Part shown: in pieces, positions 9,506 through 20,000 of the stretch | Layout: each line of letters begins with the position of its first letter | Numbering within the stretch: position 1 is the stretch's first letter | Origin: Vezdaea acicularis | Taxonomy: Eukaryota | Direction of reading: 5' to 3' | Assembly (NCBI GenBank): GCA_026025075.1 | Contig: JAPEUI010000086.1 | Location: forward strand, 53,275-73,274 | Length of the DNA stretch: 20,000 nt | Notes under the pieces: generated by a model | What the model was told of the DNA's origin: nothing | What the model saw: the letters and a program-made list of their open reading frames with translations, nothing else | Database searches by the model: none | Translations under genes and position numbers: made by a program

Positions 9506-11795
9506 CTACCTTCTTCGATGAGGTTCCCCTTTATCTTTCGGCGCTGCAGATTGCTCCTTGACGCTGAACTCGCTTAGAAGGGGCAAGTGGTCGGATGGAA
9601 AATGATAATTCGGAAAGCCTGGCACTCGCTGGAGGTATTCTTGATCTAGCTCGCCCAGTAGTCCAATTACTTCTAGTGCATTCGCCGAGTACCAAATATA
9701 GTCAATCACAGCAGTGAAGCCTGGAGTGTAATTTGTAAAGCTGAGCTCGCCGATATGCGAATATGCAGACTTGAGAGAGAAAGGATGAGCCATGCCCTCT
9801 CGAGTAAATTTGCCATATGTGCGATTCGCTATATCAGTGTGATTTTTCTCCAAAGCACCATTCGCGAGAAGGATGTACGCCCCTGAATCTGAGTCCGGTG
9901 TTGAATTGAAGTCGCCACATAAAACGAGTGGAATGTCGGGCCCATTCGCATATGCCATGGACGGTTTAGGTTCCGGGGGAGGCTTTTGCGACGATTCTGG
10001 ATCGGAATTATCGTTTGCTTCGGAGTGTCGGAATGCTGCTTTATCCGTGCACGGTGGCCATTTTGCATAACCCTCTGCCAGCTTGGCGATTCGTTCCATT
10101 AGAATAGCAACCTGCACGACCTTGACGTCTGTGAATGCTGGATCCCAAAATACATGTGCGTTGACAATTATTATTCTAGATCCAGTTTGTCGATTCTCAA
10201 AGAAGGTGATGAGTGCAACGTTGTCCTTCGACCCTACACGGTTAAATATGTCGTGCTCGCCCTTCATATCCGGTCTATTTATGGCAATATTCGCAAAATC
10301 GACTACCTGCTTGTCAAGGAGGATATATTTATTGCCCTTGTAGAAGGTAGCGCAACCGTCGACGAGTTTTGCTTCATGCTCGTGCATGGTCCTAGCGCGA
10401 CCTTTCGACTGGAATGATCCTTTGTAGTCATTGTAGGCGAGTTCTGGCCGGAAACATTCATTGAAGCTTTGAGCATCAACTTCCTGGAGGCATACTATGT
10501 CGGCATTGTGAGCGCGCACCTCATTGAGGATGAGGTCTTTCCGATAGTCCCACTGCAGCGCATGTGATGGAGTATAGCCATATTGCGCCCTGGTCGCGTA
10601 TTTGTCGCAGAGAATATTGTAGTCAAGGACAGTGAAGCGCTCTTCTTCCAGGTCGGGTGTTGAGTTGAGTACAATCCAGTCACGTTGCGAAGGAGGCATA
10701 GGGACTAGAGAGAACGAGTCAGCAGTCTCGAGAGTTCACAGAGCGTGATTACATACTTGGAGACTCCTCGCGTAGATAGGTTACGAGACCAGCGGTACCA
10801 TTCTCGTAGAGCTCAGACCTCAATACTGCAGGTATATTGCTATTGCCCTCTATACCGATGGTCTCGAGCTGATAGAGAAACCCAATCTCAAATGGCAGAT
10901 TCTGTAGGTTATTATCAATCAGCAGGAGAGTCTTCAATCTCACGAGCATGCCGATTTCCCTTGGTAATTCACTAAGGAGATTTCCGGACAGGTCTAAATG
11001 AGTAAGATTTCTCAATTTGCCAATTGCTGCTGGAAGCTCAGTCAGCTTGTTGTAATTGAAGAATAGTCTTGTCAGAAAGGTGTAGTTGAATACAGCGGGT
11101 GCTATTACCCGTGCACCGAGGCCTCCGCAGTCAAGCATTTTCCAGTAAGACTGAGACGTAATAGCGTCTTTTTTTGAGCCATTCCTTTCTGCAGCTAAGC
11201 GCTTCTGCTCTTCTAATTGGGTTGCATTGAGGAATGTAGTATAGTCTTTGGCCAGGTGCTTCGCATGATAGTGTTGGCCACTGGATTGCCTTGCCTCGAT
11301 TGCCAATTGCTGTTGCTGAATTGCATAGTCACTCATCCCAACTTGACCGTTACTTAAATTCCCATTTTGTATGTGATTGGGTGTGAACTGGGGCGTAGCA
11401 CTTGAGAGACCACCAGAGTATGTATGCTGATGAGTAGTTGAAGGACCTGCATGCGTAGCGTGCTCTTGATGGGGGGTCTGATGCTGCGATGGAAACTTTG
11501 GCATGTTCATCTGCATCCCATACCGCTGATTATTTACAACGCCATTGTTCATCGGAACATGCTGTCCTTGGTGATGTGCTTGAGAGTTGTACATGCCGTA
11601 AAGATGGCTGTTTGCAGAGGGCCCTGGTGATCGAGATGGAGAAGGAGTATCGTTCGAGAACCCTCCTCTGAAGTTGTTTGGTGGTGACCCGGCTCGGGAG
11701 ATATGTCTTGGAAAATGATTGCCGTTCTGTACTTGTGCTTGGGACAAATATGGTTGACCAGCCCTATACGGGAACTGGGACGTACCATCTGCCAT
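9506..11795 (-). CDS. CCR4: CCR4-NOT complex deadenylase subunit Ccr4 (LRR + EEP nuclease), 2 coding exons, ~745 aa
   Basis: Exons 11795-10757 and 10704-9506. Intron 10756-10705 is phase 1 (GTATGT..GCTGAC..TAG) and the junction reads ESP-I-PMPPSQRDW. The protein has a Q/H/N-rich N-terminus, LRRs (NKLTELPAAIGKLRNLTHLDLSGNLLSELPREIGML) and EEP catalytic motifs YNILC, CLQEVD, NAHVFWDP, CGDFNS, IDYIWY and FPSDH. Confidence 0.97.
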
Positions 11796-13670
11796 CTAAT
11801 GACACAGATGGCACCCTCAAGATACGCGCCTCTCTAAGTGTTCTTGTTTTGCAGTCGCACAACGATAGATCTGAAGAGGTTGATGTAGTCGTGGTTGAAG
11901 ATGTGATAGGAGGACAAGCGGTCGTCTTCGTTTGCACATGAGTTGTTAGTTGCCAGGCGACCATGAATGCTTTGCTTCACGGCGTTGTGTCCTTGTGCGG
12001 TGTTTGCAACGTAGCCGTGAATAGTGAATGACAGCGAAATATCGGATAAAGAGGTTGACTGCGTACGGAAAGAGAGTGTTCCCGCGATGCCGTAACGAGC
12101 CGGCTATGCTTGGTTTAGACCGGCTGACGAGTCCAGGAAGATTATTGGATTGACTTGATGCAGTCCCCTCCGATCCTAGCTACAATGCTTCGGCAGAATG
12201 TCCTAGCCCTTGCGATGCTACTCTTGTCGTCAAAGGATTGGGACTCCTGGAAGGGCTTTTCGGGGTGACATGTGATGGAGCAGAACAGCAAACCAGTCCG
12301 AATGCCTCCGTATAATTTAGGTCCAGTATGGGGTAGATGATGAAGGCTGGACTAAGAGTGCTGAGAAGTGTTTTTTGCAGGATGTCAGGTGGTGAGCATC
12401 AGATCCGTATGTCGAGGAGCCGCCAGTGCACAATAAATGCCGCTTTTGCGACAACCAAGCGCCGCTTTTAGGATCATGTGATTCAACGAGCTAAAGCTCG
12501 CTTTATTGGTGACCATCTCGTCGGCAGCCTCCACCAACAAGAATCACCGTCATAAACCCGTAAACCGAATTGGTGCTGAAGAATAGGCGTGGTTTAGAGA
12601 GCCCGAAACTAATTTTGAGTGTTACAGCCGAAGGCTCGGTCTCATCCTCTTGATAATTCACGTCCTTGAAGAAGCGTGCGGCTGTTCTTTAGGAAAGCCG
12701 CGCCCTCAGGACGGTCGAATGAGCGCTTTAATAGGGCATGTTTAGCAACGGCGTCGGGGACCAGGGAACAAGCCCCGGATTCAATAGATCAAACGCAACG
12801 GAGGCTTCGGAAGGGCCAAATGCACTCACGATCTAGGTTTCATGGCAACTTCACGCGTCCCTTGAGAGGGGCTCAATGTTGGTCTCACAGTCAAGCCCGA
12901 CATGGCACCCCCTTCGGTCGTCCGAACGCCACTGTCTAGCTACAGTCGACGACGATAACGACGATAGCGATGCGCCTGCCAGTCCAAGTCGAGTTCCTTT
13001 TCGTGCGGGCTTGATCAGATCGTGCATAGATCTTCAACGATTAATAGCTTGTCCCCGCAATCGGCAAAAAGGAACGACCTTCGCTATGGGAGAGTGGCGG
13101 ACCCAGTCCCGACACAGCGTTAGCTAGTCGATCACAAGCCTGGAAACGAGCGAAGCTGTGGGCTCGAGCAACCGTCTAACGCCGTAGACCGTCCCCGGCC
13201 CCCCCGCCATCCCAGCTGCATCCGTCATCTTAAATCTCCAATCGCGCCACAGAGACGCGAGAGCACGGAGGGGCTAGCTTTCGACCTTCCCTGGCGAATG
13301 CGCCCTTCTCCACTGAGGAGGCCGCTGCAGTGCCAGGTTCGCACGTCAACGCAGGCCAAGGGCGTCCACCGGCTCCTTTTTAGCTCGATGGCGGGTATCC
13401 GAGACCCAGGAGAGACACACACCTCCATCTCTCTTATTAATGAACCCGGGTCTGCGTGTCTGTCATGTCCTTGCAATCCTCAAACTCCGTTTCACTGCTG
13501 CCTCGTTTCTCAGCCCTGAATACTCCGCTCCTTATACGCCTCACGCGCATCCATAAATCTCAGATCCCCCCAGCTTCTCCTTCGCTGGCAATGGAAATAA
13601 CACGTCGCCACGACCTCGAAGACATAATATGAGCCGAACGCCTGCCTAGACCCTTGACTGACAGTCCTTA
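11796..13670. promoter_or_regulatory. Divergent intergenic region carrying the 5'-UTRs/promoters of CCR4 (-) and the methyltransferase (+)
   Basis: Inferred from the head-to-head orientation of the two genes. There is no convincing ORF in ~1.9 kb. Pyrimidine-rich stretches precede each gene on its own sense strand. Confidence 0.5.
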
Positions 13671-14939
13671 ATGCAGAATCCCATTGGGCGATCGGCCATA
13701 GCTCGACCCGCCCATATTACTGGCTCCGGCATCACCACTTCTATTGTCATACCTCGACCTTCCGACCATGCGACCTCGAACACAAGTACGTTAGTCGGAT
13801 CCGAGTCGAGTGTGTCCAGCTCCTCGACAAGAATGAATGGCGCTGGCGACCATGGCGAGGCGCCATTCGCTGTTCGTAACGGCCGACGATACCTCCGAGA
13901 TGCAAAGCTACCTTACCCCCTGCCATGTGACACTTCAGAGCTCCATCGCCAGATTCTGCGTACCTCGCTACTTGTCGAGATCTTCGGTACCCCTCTGTGC
14001 TCGGCAGGAGTATCAGAAAAGCCACCAAAGAGGATTCTCGAAATAGCCTGCGGGACGGGGATATGGTCCTCGTTGTGCCATGATCAATTTGTGCGTTCGG
14101 GCCACAAGAATATCTCCTTCACGGGTATCGATATAGCACCAATAGCTCCAGATCTAAACGAGCACGGAATGAATTGGCACTTCGTACAGCACGACATTCG
14201 CCGGCTACCATTCCCTTTCGCGGACGAGGAGTTTGACATGGTGTTCGTCAAAGATCTGAGTCTAGTGACTCCTAACACCGGGTTTCAAGAACGCCTGATG
14301 ACGGAATATCTACGTATTCTAAGGCCTGGCGGTGTCATTGAAGCCTGGGACTCAGACCACGTCCTGCGAACGCTGGAGACGCTTCCGGCAGTGCACGACG
14401 TGCCCAAAAAGCTCAAAGAGCAGGTTGACAAGACAGCCACGTACCACCTACAACCTGGTACTTCTTTTTCCGCGGCCCAGAACCCCTATCTAAAAGACTA
14501 CAACGACTGGCTACAGAAAACGCTAGAGCACCGCCGCCTCAGCTCTTGTCCCTGCACCATCATCGGGCCATTGTTCCTGCAAGAAGTCGACCTCGAGGTC
14601 GTTGGTAGCCGCAGGATAGCCATCCTCTTCAGCGAGGTTCGCTGGGAGCGCGAAGGAGTCGGCGGGAATCATAACAAAGCCGGTAAGAGGGGCACTAAGA
14701 CTCGCCAAACCGAGCGCAAACGTGTCAACGCAAGCCAAATGGCCTTGCGGCGAGCAGCCCTTCTCACCGTGGTGCAGATGATCGAAAGCCTCGAGCCGCT
14801 GCTTAAGCAAGTCAGCGGCAAGAGCCAGGAAGAATGGGATCACTGGTGGAGCAGCATGATGGAGGATCTCCTGGAAAACAACGGTGCTTCCTCGGGCGAG
14901 TGCCTCGAGGTGGGCGCGTGGTGGGGCCGCAAGTGTTGA
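13671..14939 (+). CDS. Class I SAM-dependent methyltransferase (fungal LaeA-like/Methyltransf_11-25 type), ~422 aa; 5' end uncertain
   Basis: GRRYLRD..LPYPLPCD..ELHRQ leader typical of this fungal group. Motif I is ILEIACGTGIW, the post-I acidic motif is FTGIDIAP, motif II is LPFPFADEEFDMV and motif III is RILRPGGVIEAWD. The C-terminus is GECLEVGAWWGRKC. The ATG at 13671 overlaps a candidate splice acceptor (see findings). Confidence 0.9.
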   Translation: MQNPIGRSAIARPAHITGSGITTSIVIPRPSDHATSNTSTLVGSESSVSSSSTRMNGAGDHGEAPFAVRNGRRYLRDAKLPYPLPCDTSELHRQILRTSLLVEIFGTPLCSAGVSEKPPKRILEIACGTGIWSSLCHDQFVRSGHKNISFTGIDIAPIAPDLNEHGMNWHFVQHDIRRLPFPFADEEFDMVFVKDLSLVTPNTGFQERLMTEYLRILRPGGVIEAWDSDHVLRTLETLPAVHDVPKKLKEQVDKTATYHLQPGTSFSAAQNPYLKDYNDWLQKTLEHRRLSSCPCTIIGPLFLQEVDLEVVGSRRIAILFSEVRWEREGVGGNHNKAGKRGTKTRQTERKRVNASQMALRRAALLTVVQMIESLEPLLKQVSGKSQEEWDHWWSSMMEDLLENNGASSGECLEVGAWWGRKC

Positions 14940-17562
14940 ATTTGGCACGGTCGTGTTGGCGTTGTTAGAGTTCCTTCTCACGGTGCGGAATACCGTTGTC
15001 GTAGCGTGCGATACCTCTTTAGATAGTACCTTTTTGCGCGTCAGCAATGTGGGCGCATCCACAGGTGTATTTCATCATACAATGCCTCGATCTCTATGTG
15101 TTGCCCCGTGGTATCAGCTATAGCAAACTGCAATACGTAACCGCCCTTAGTTCACGTACCCTTCTTTACAAACTCCGCCCTCTCCAACGCCCTCTTAATC
15201 TCCTCTTCTCCCCTCAGCTCCTTCTGACTCCGAAAAGCCTTCCGCAACCGCGGCAAATAGTAGTCATACCCGAGCGGATACTCCCTGCCCATGAAAAGTA
15301 GCTCTATGACCCACAGCCAGTGAGCGCGGCACCTTTTGTTTCACGCTGTGCTTATAGAGCAATTACACACCCTTATATACTCTGATGACCTGATATCGCA
15401 GCTCCGGCTTACTCGTCATCGTCCCAGATTAACGCATACGGGTGTACGACTGGGTTATCATTACTGGCGGGGGCGATGACCTCGATAGTCGGATACAAGA
15501 ATTGTTTTTCTTGAGTTGCGGCTGCTTTAACGCAAGGTGAGGGCGAAGAGGCTGAGGTACGCCCGAGGACGCCCGTGAAGGGGCCCTCATTTCTCGGCTC
15601 TCCTAGCGTGCGGGGCCACGACTTGGCGCTAATCGGACTGGTTGCAGCCCTCGGCATTGGCGGTGGTATATAGTATGCAATCTACGTCGAATCTGGCTTC
15701 TCAATAAGTGAGGGGTAGGTCCTTTGCGACTCAGCTCAATATGGCCAGGCTTCAAGGCCATTCTGGCGTCTATAGGGAATCCTGGGTTTGGAAGCAAAGA
15801 GGCTGAGGGTTGCCCGGCTCACTGGTCTACGCGTTATTGTTCAATAAAGTGGTCTCAAGGTGCTACGAAGCCAGAGCTTCAAGTCCGAAGAAGAATGCGC
15901 ATCTAGCAGCTACAGCAAAGGGGCGCAGGCAAGCTCCCAAAGGGGAAGGGTAGTATGTGCCTCAATTGCTACCACCGCGATGGTATGGCAGCCATGATGA
16001 AGGTATCATAGCCTCTGCAGATCATCTACAATCCCTCGAAGCTCCATCGGAAACTTGAACGAGAAGCTGAGTCCTATTCTCATCAAGACTGAGACCAGCC
16101 TCCTTAGAAGTGGTCTCGAACCTGAATTACTATCCTTAAGCTGCGACTCCGGATCGTCCTCGATGCTTTGCTTCCCCATGCGCCAAGGAAAATTTGTCTT
16201 GAGGCGTTTATATTCTTGGTCAGAGAAATTCCGTCAAAGATCTGTTGGGTGATTGTGTCAAGGGTGATGAGCGCGGTGAGCTGTGTATATCATCAAGACA
16301 GTTGTTTGGAGAGAGCAGATAGTAGGATTGTGGATGGGGAGAGACAATACAGTGCGGAGGCAAGGACAGGATCACACAGCTTGGGTAGTTAGACATCGGG
16401 TCACTGTGACCGAGGGGGGGCTTAAAAATAAGATGTTGTTTCTGGCTGCCTGCGAAAAAACGTGGTAAAACAGCCACTCTTGAAAGGGTAAACGCCACCT
16501 GCAGTCTGCGGGGATTTTCGAATCCTGCGTTCTAGAAACGTTAACCCTGAGGTGGGGGAGCATATGTCATTGGAGTCTGAGCGTCTGCAGAATGTACTGT
16601 CTTCTGAAGGATGCGCTCTAAGCGGGGTTTGTGTTTCACATAGCCATATGTACTTCTTTGGAAGAGCCATTTGTAGATCTAGCATCGCGATTTTCCGAAT
16701 TACCTGTTGATTGGCCTAGAATTAATGAGAGAATACTTGATACGGCGGATGCTGAATATATGCCCCGCATACTTGAGCCTCAGAACCCATGGTTACTTTG
16801 AGATAGGAATGTATTTCGTGATGTCAGTCATCGTGCGACAAGGTCTGTCCCCAATCTGGCTATTCTGCAAGTGCCGTCTATAATTGCTCTTTATAGAGTC
16901 TGCCAGCGAAGATCAGCACGGAACCTTGTCGCAGCAGAGAGCTTAAGTATCGTGTGTCGTTCTTGGGGAGCCTAGAAGGTGTGATCGTCGATATAGGATT
17001 TCGGAGGATTTCGGAGAGGACAGTAAACTTCCTGTACTGTACAGTGCATGACAGAAAGGATACAGAAAGCAGGCCCTCTAGTTGGGCAATAGTGGTATGC
17101 CTTTACGGCATGATTGTATTTCTAGAGGTCAAGCATACGGTCGCACCCTCTCTCGGACGGGAAGGGATGTTTCGCGGGGCGCAAAGACCAGGAGGACGCA
17201 AATAAAGATGAAGTAGCTTGGCCCTAAAGGGAATTTACACGAGGTATTTTAGAACAAAGGCAACTGGGGAAGCTCTCCCGAGGGCGCCACTAAGACGCTA
17301 CCGGACCACCACCGCCAGCATTCGCTGCAAATCCCGATACCAAAACCAAACCCCAAACTGACACAGACCCTAACCTTCGAGCTTTTCACGATCCGCTCCC
17401 CACTCACGACTCCACCGCGGCCAACATCACTACACACACATTCCCTTCGACGTCCTCGATTAGTCTCTGTTTTTCTGGCGCTTATTGCTGGTGGGCCCGC
17501 CTTTCCGTGGGCATTGTCGAGCTGGTTCGGAAAAGATCTGGGTCGGCATCCTGCGGGCGTTC

Positions 17563-20000
17563 ATGACCAAGCGGAATAACTTGAACACGTCGAGCCCCCG
17601 CAACGATAATGGACTAAATATTCCAGGAAAGAGACTGACCAAGCAGAAGTCGAATGGTCATCTCAACGGTGCGGCGAGCCCGAGCGGCGCCGGGTTTGGG
17701 AAACTCGCGGAGGACTCTCAGTCGACTACAAAACCCATAGGTCGGCGTAATGGCGCCACATTGAACAGTGAAGTTGACTATTCGCCCTCACAAGTAAGAC
17801 AAGGCGCTATACACAAACCACTGTCGAACGGGTATGCCAAGCACGACTCCGACGGTTCCTCAGATTATGAATTGTCGCGGGCAGGCGTAGGCAACAATGG
17901 GATGGGTTCTGATGTTCAATTGAATCCGAAAATCAGCCTCACCGCCTCTACAGTTTCCAGATCTTTTGAGGGAAGCGCTGACGGCGTTGTGTCACTTGTT
18001 TCGACGGTATTGACTTCCTGCCCACTTGCTGACACTATCGCTATCCTTATCCTGCTGCTTCAATTCAACAGCTTCCTTGTCACCTTGATACAAGCCCTCT
18101 TCTGCGCCATGACTTATGCGACTCCATCGAACGCGATATCCTCGTTCAACATAATCAGCGACTTCAGTCGGGGCTTTGCTGGTAGCCCGTCGCTCATAAC
18201 GATAATTCTAATAGATGGTGTATGGATGATAGTATGGCTATTTTTATGGGAGTCCCTCCAGAGCTTTTTCTTGGATTTAGCCCAAGTCGTTATGGCTGTT
18301 TCTCTTGGAGGGAGCTACTCTAAAGACTCAGGGAATAAGACACTCGGAGTTTGCATATTAATACTCACCCTCTCTCACATATTCAATAACAAAGACCTTT
18401 GGTACGGGTCAAGCGATTCGTTACCTCTCGAACACTCTACGCCCACCATGTCCGACTGGGGAAGGAAGCTTACCGGAGGTTATGCTGGTCTATTCAAGAT
18501 ACTTCTAGGAGTTCACATTGTAGCCCAAGGTGCTACTCGTCGGGTTCGACGCTGGCTGTCGCAGCGAGAGGTAGCTAGTGTTTCAACTTCAACGAAGAAG
18601 CTTGATACAGAAGCAGCTGCAGGATCTCACGCCTCTGGCGATAGCACTAACGGCGATGTAACAGGTTCCGCACTTCAATCACATACAGCAAGCGGCGGGT
18701 TGCCTATTTCGAGTCCGATAAGAGACGGAAAAGACAAAGCATCTGTTGCAAGGAGAAAACGTAGAGCAGAGACAGAAGCGCGGAAACAACAACCTCTCTG
18801 GGCAGCACTGGCACACACGATGGTGGCCACAACTCTAGGTGCTAATGAGCAATCTCTGGCAGCGGACGAAAAGTCGGTATCGAATGCCACAGACAAGTCG
18901 GGTGTTGGGAGCGCAATCTTCAATATCAAGGAGGGTAAAGTTTGGATCACAAACATCGGCATGAATGACATATCCTTTCAAACAAGCCATTTCGGAGTGG
19001 CAACTTTCGATGAGAGCGATGATCCGAGATGCAACGGTCACATCACCACTGGAGTTGACAAGACGAATCCCTTTTTCATCCGCGTTAATGGTGCCGAATG
19101 GGCTTCGACGCGAACATGCAAGTCTCTAGAGGAGCGCACTAAGAAGGATATGGGCACATCATGGGCAGGGGAGATCTTCGGGCTCACTCCGCTCACCGCA
19201 TACGAGCTTGAGTTCGTGCGGAGTTCGACGGAGCAGGTCTTGTATAGAACGACACTGGTGACAACAAGCTGTACTCCCTCTAAAGATTCAAATTCGACTG
19301 TACCGTCACCTACCACCACCATTCCTGCCCAAGCTTTCCGCCCTTCCTCACCTACAACGACCCTGAAGACCTCTATCCTCGGTGCAGAAACCACTCTTAA
19401 CGAGATGAAGGCGAAGCTGAAGCGTCTGAAAAGAGAGCATTCAAAGAGCCTCGCCACCCTTAAAAATGATAACGATAAGTTACAGCAACGCCTGTCTGGC
19501 TCGGGAAACGGCGATGACCGACTACGTCAGCGAGTTCTACAAACCCGACAATGTATCCGTCAAGCAGAAGACGCTATCACCTCCATCAACAGCCAAATCG
19601 AAGCCTTAGGCCCCATACCAAAGACCGACTCACAAGCCTGGAAAGACAAGAAGGAGTCCTGGGAAGCAGAGCGCGCCCGCCAATCCGCCGCTCTCAACGA
19701 CTTCTCCGCCTTCAAGCAAGCCCAAGACAGCGCCCTCGCCTCCATCCAAGCCGACGCAAGCGCCGCCCAGAAAGACCACGAGCATCTCCAAAGCCGCATC
19801 GCGAAGCTCAACGAGAAGCACGCCCGCCTCAGCGCCAGCAACGCCCTCGGCGCCGACGAGCAGCACCGCCGCGCCGCCGACTACGCCGCCCGCGAATCCG
19901 AGCGCGCCCGCACCGACCGCAAGACCACCGAGCAGACCGAAAACCTCGAGAACACCGTCCACGAGTTGCAGCACCGCACCCTCGTGTTCGCCGAGCAGGC
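17563..20000 (+). CDS. acrB: AcrB-like protein (Aspergillus acriflavine-resistance / ubiquitination-network signalling protein), 3'-truncated by the window
   Basis: The frame is open from ATG 17563 (in-frame stop upstream at 17461) to the window end, so it has no stop and is absent from the ORF track. It contains PGKRLTKQKSNGHLNG, hydrophobic segments (STVLTSCPLADTIAILILLLQ, PSLITIILIDGVWMIVWLFLW, FFLDLAQVVMAVSLGG, LLGVHIVAQG), QQPLWAALA, a beta-rich block (FFIRVNGAEW...WAGEIFGLTPLTAYELEF) and a long C-terminal coiled coil. This matches my recollection of fungal AcrB. It is unrelated to the bacterial AcrB efflux pump. Confidence 0.85.
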   Translation, partial: MTKRNNLNTSSPRNDNGLNIPGKRLTKQKSNGHLNGAASPSGAGFGKLAEDSQSTTKPIGRRNGATLNSEVDYSPSQVRQGAIHKPLSNGYAKHDSDGSSDYELSRAGVGNNGMGSDVQLNPKISLTASTVSRSFEGSADGVVSLVSTVLTSCPLADTIAILILLLQFNSFLVTLIQALFCAMTYATPSNAISSFNIISDFSRGFAGSPSLITIILIDGVWMIVWLFLWESLQSFFLDLAQVVMAVSLGGSYSKDSGNKTLGVCILILTLSHIFNNKDLWYGSSDSLPLEHSTPTMSDWGRKLTGGYAGLFKILLGVHIVAQGATRRVRRWLSQREVASVSTSTKKLDTEAAAGSHASGDSTNGDVTGSALQSHTASGGLPISSPIRDGKDKASVARRKRRAETEARKQQPLWAALAHTMVATTLGANEQSLAADEKSVSNATDKSGVGSAIFNIKEGKVWITNIGMNDISFQTSHFGVATFDESDDPRCNGHITTGVDKTNPFFIRVNGAEWASTRTCKSLEERTKKDMGTSWAGEIFGLTPLTAYELEFVRSSTEQVLYRTTLVTTSCTPSKDSNSTVPSPTTTIPAQAFRPSSPTTTLKTSILGAETTLNEMKAKLKRLKREHSKSLATLKNDNDKLQQRLSGSGNGDDRLRQRVLQTRQCIRQAEDAITSINSQIEALGPIPKTDSQAWKDKKESWEAERARQSAALNDFSAFKQAQDSALASIQADASAAQKDHEHLQSRIAKLNEKHARLSASNALGADEQHRRAADYAARESERARTDRKTTEQTENLENTVHELQHRTLVFAEQ

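Noticed and set aside
9500..9512. Possible extra CCR4 intron at AG|GTAGGA near the stop
   Set aside because: The EEP domain is already complete (PSDH motif plus final strand) and the frame ends naturally at TAG 9506. No downstream exon is evident.
13671..14939. Calling the methyltransferase laeA or part of a secondary-metabolite cluster
   Set aside because: It has only family-level similarity, and no PKS, NRPS, tailoring or transporter genes are in the window.
14523..15062. 179-aa minus ORF, and minus ORFs at 18675-19974
   Set aside because: These are antisense shadows of the methyltransferase and acrB coding sequences.
1..20000. Transposon, RIP-degraded repeat, tRNA or rRNA
   Set aside because: I saw no transposase or RT motifs, terminal repeats, AT-rich RIP-like blocks or cloverleaf/rRNA signatures by eye. 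A covariance-model search would be needed to exclude small ncRNAs.

Overview
Eukaryotic genomic DNA from a filamentous ascomycete (Pezizomycotina-like). The evidence is short 50-75 nt GT-AG introns with CTAAC/CTGAC branch points and conserved fungal genes. Seven protein-coding genes can be modelled: an F-box/LRR-like protein (+), a four-exon acidic, repeat-rich protein with a Myb/SANT-like domain (+), an NCBP3/DUF2414-family protein (+), a LisH + WD40 protein (+), the CCR4 deadenylase (-), a class I SAM-dependent methyltransferase (+), and an AcrB-like membrane/coiled-coil protein (+) that runs off the window end and is missing from the supplied ORF track. I saw no RNA genes, transposons or CRISPR arrays. 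The region looks mostly like core genome, and I cannot support a new multi-gene system. The best leads are the Myb/SANT-like gene with its 16-aa acidic C-terminal repeat, a possible CCR4 5'-UTR intron/overlapping uORF switch, recurring TATCGATA palindromes upstream of genes, and two intergenic stretches that resemble decayed or orphan genes. All family assignments come from motif recognition by eye, not from database searches.
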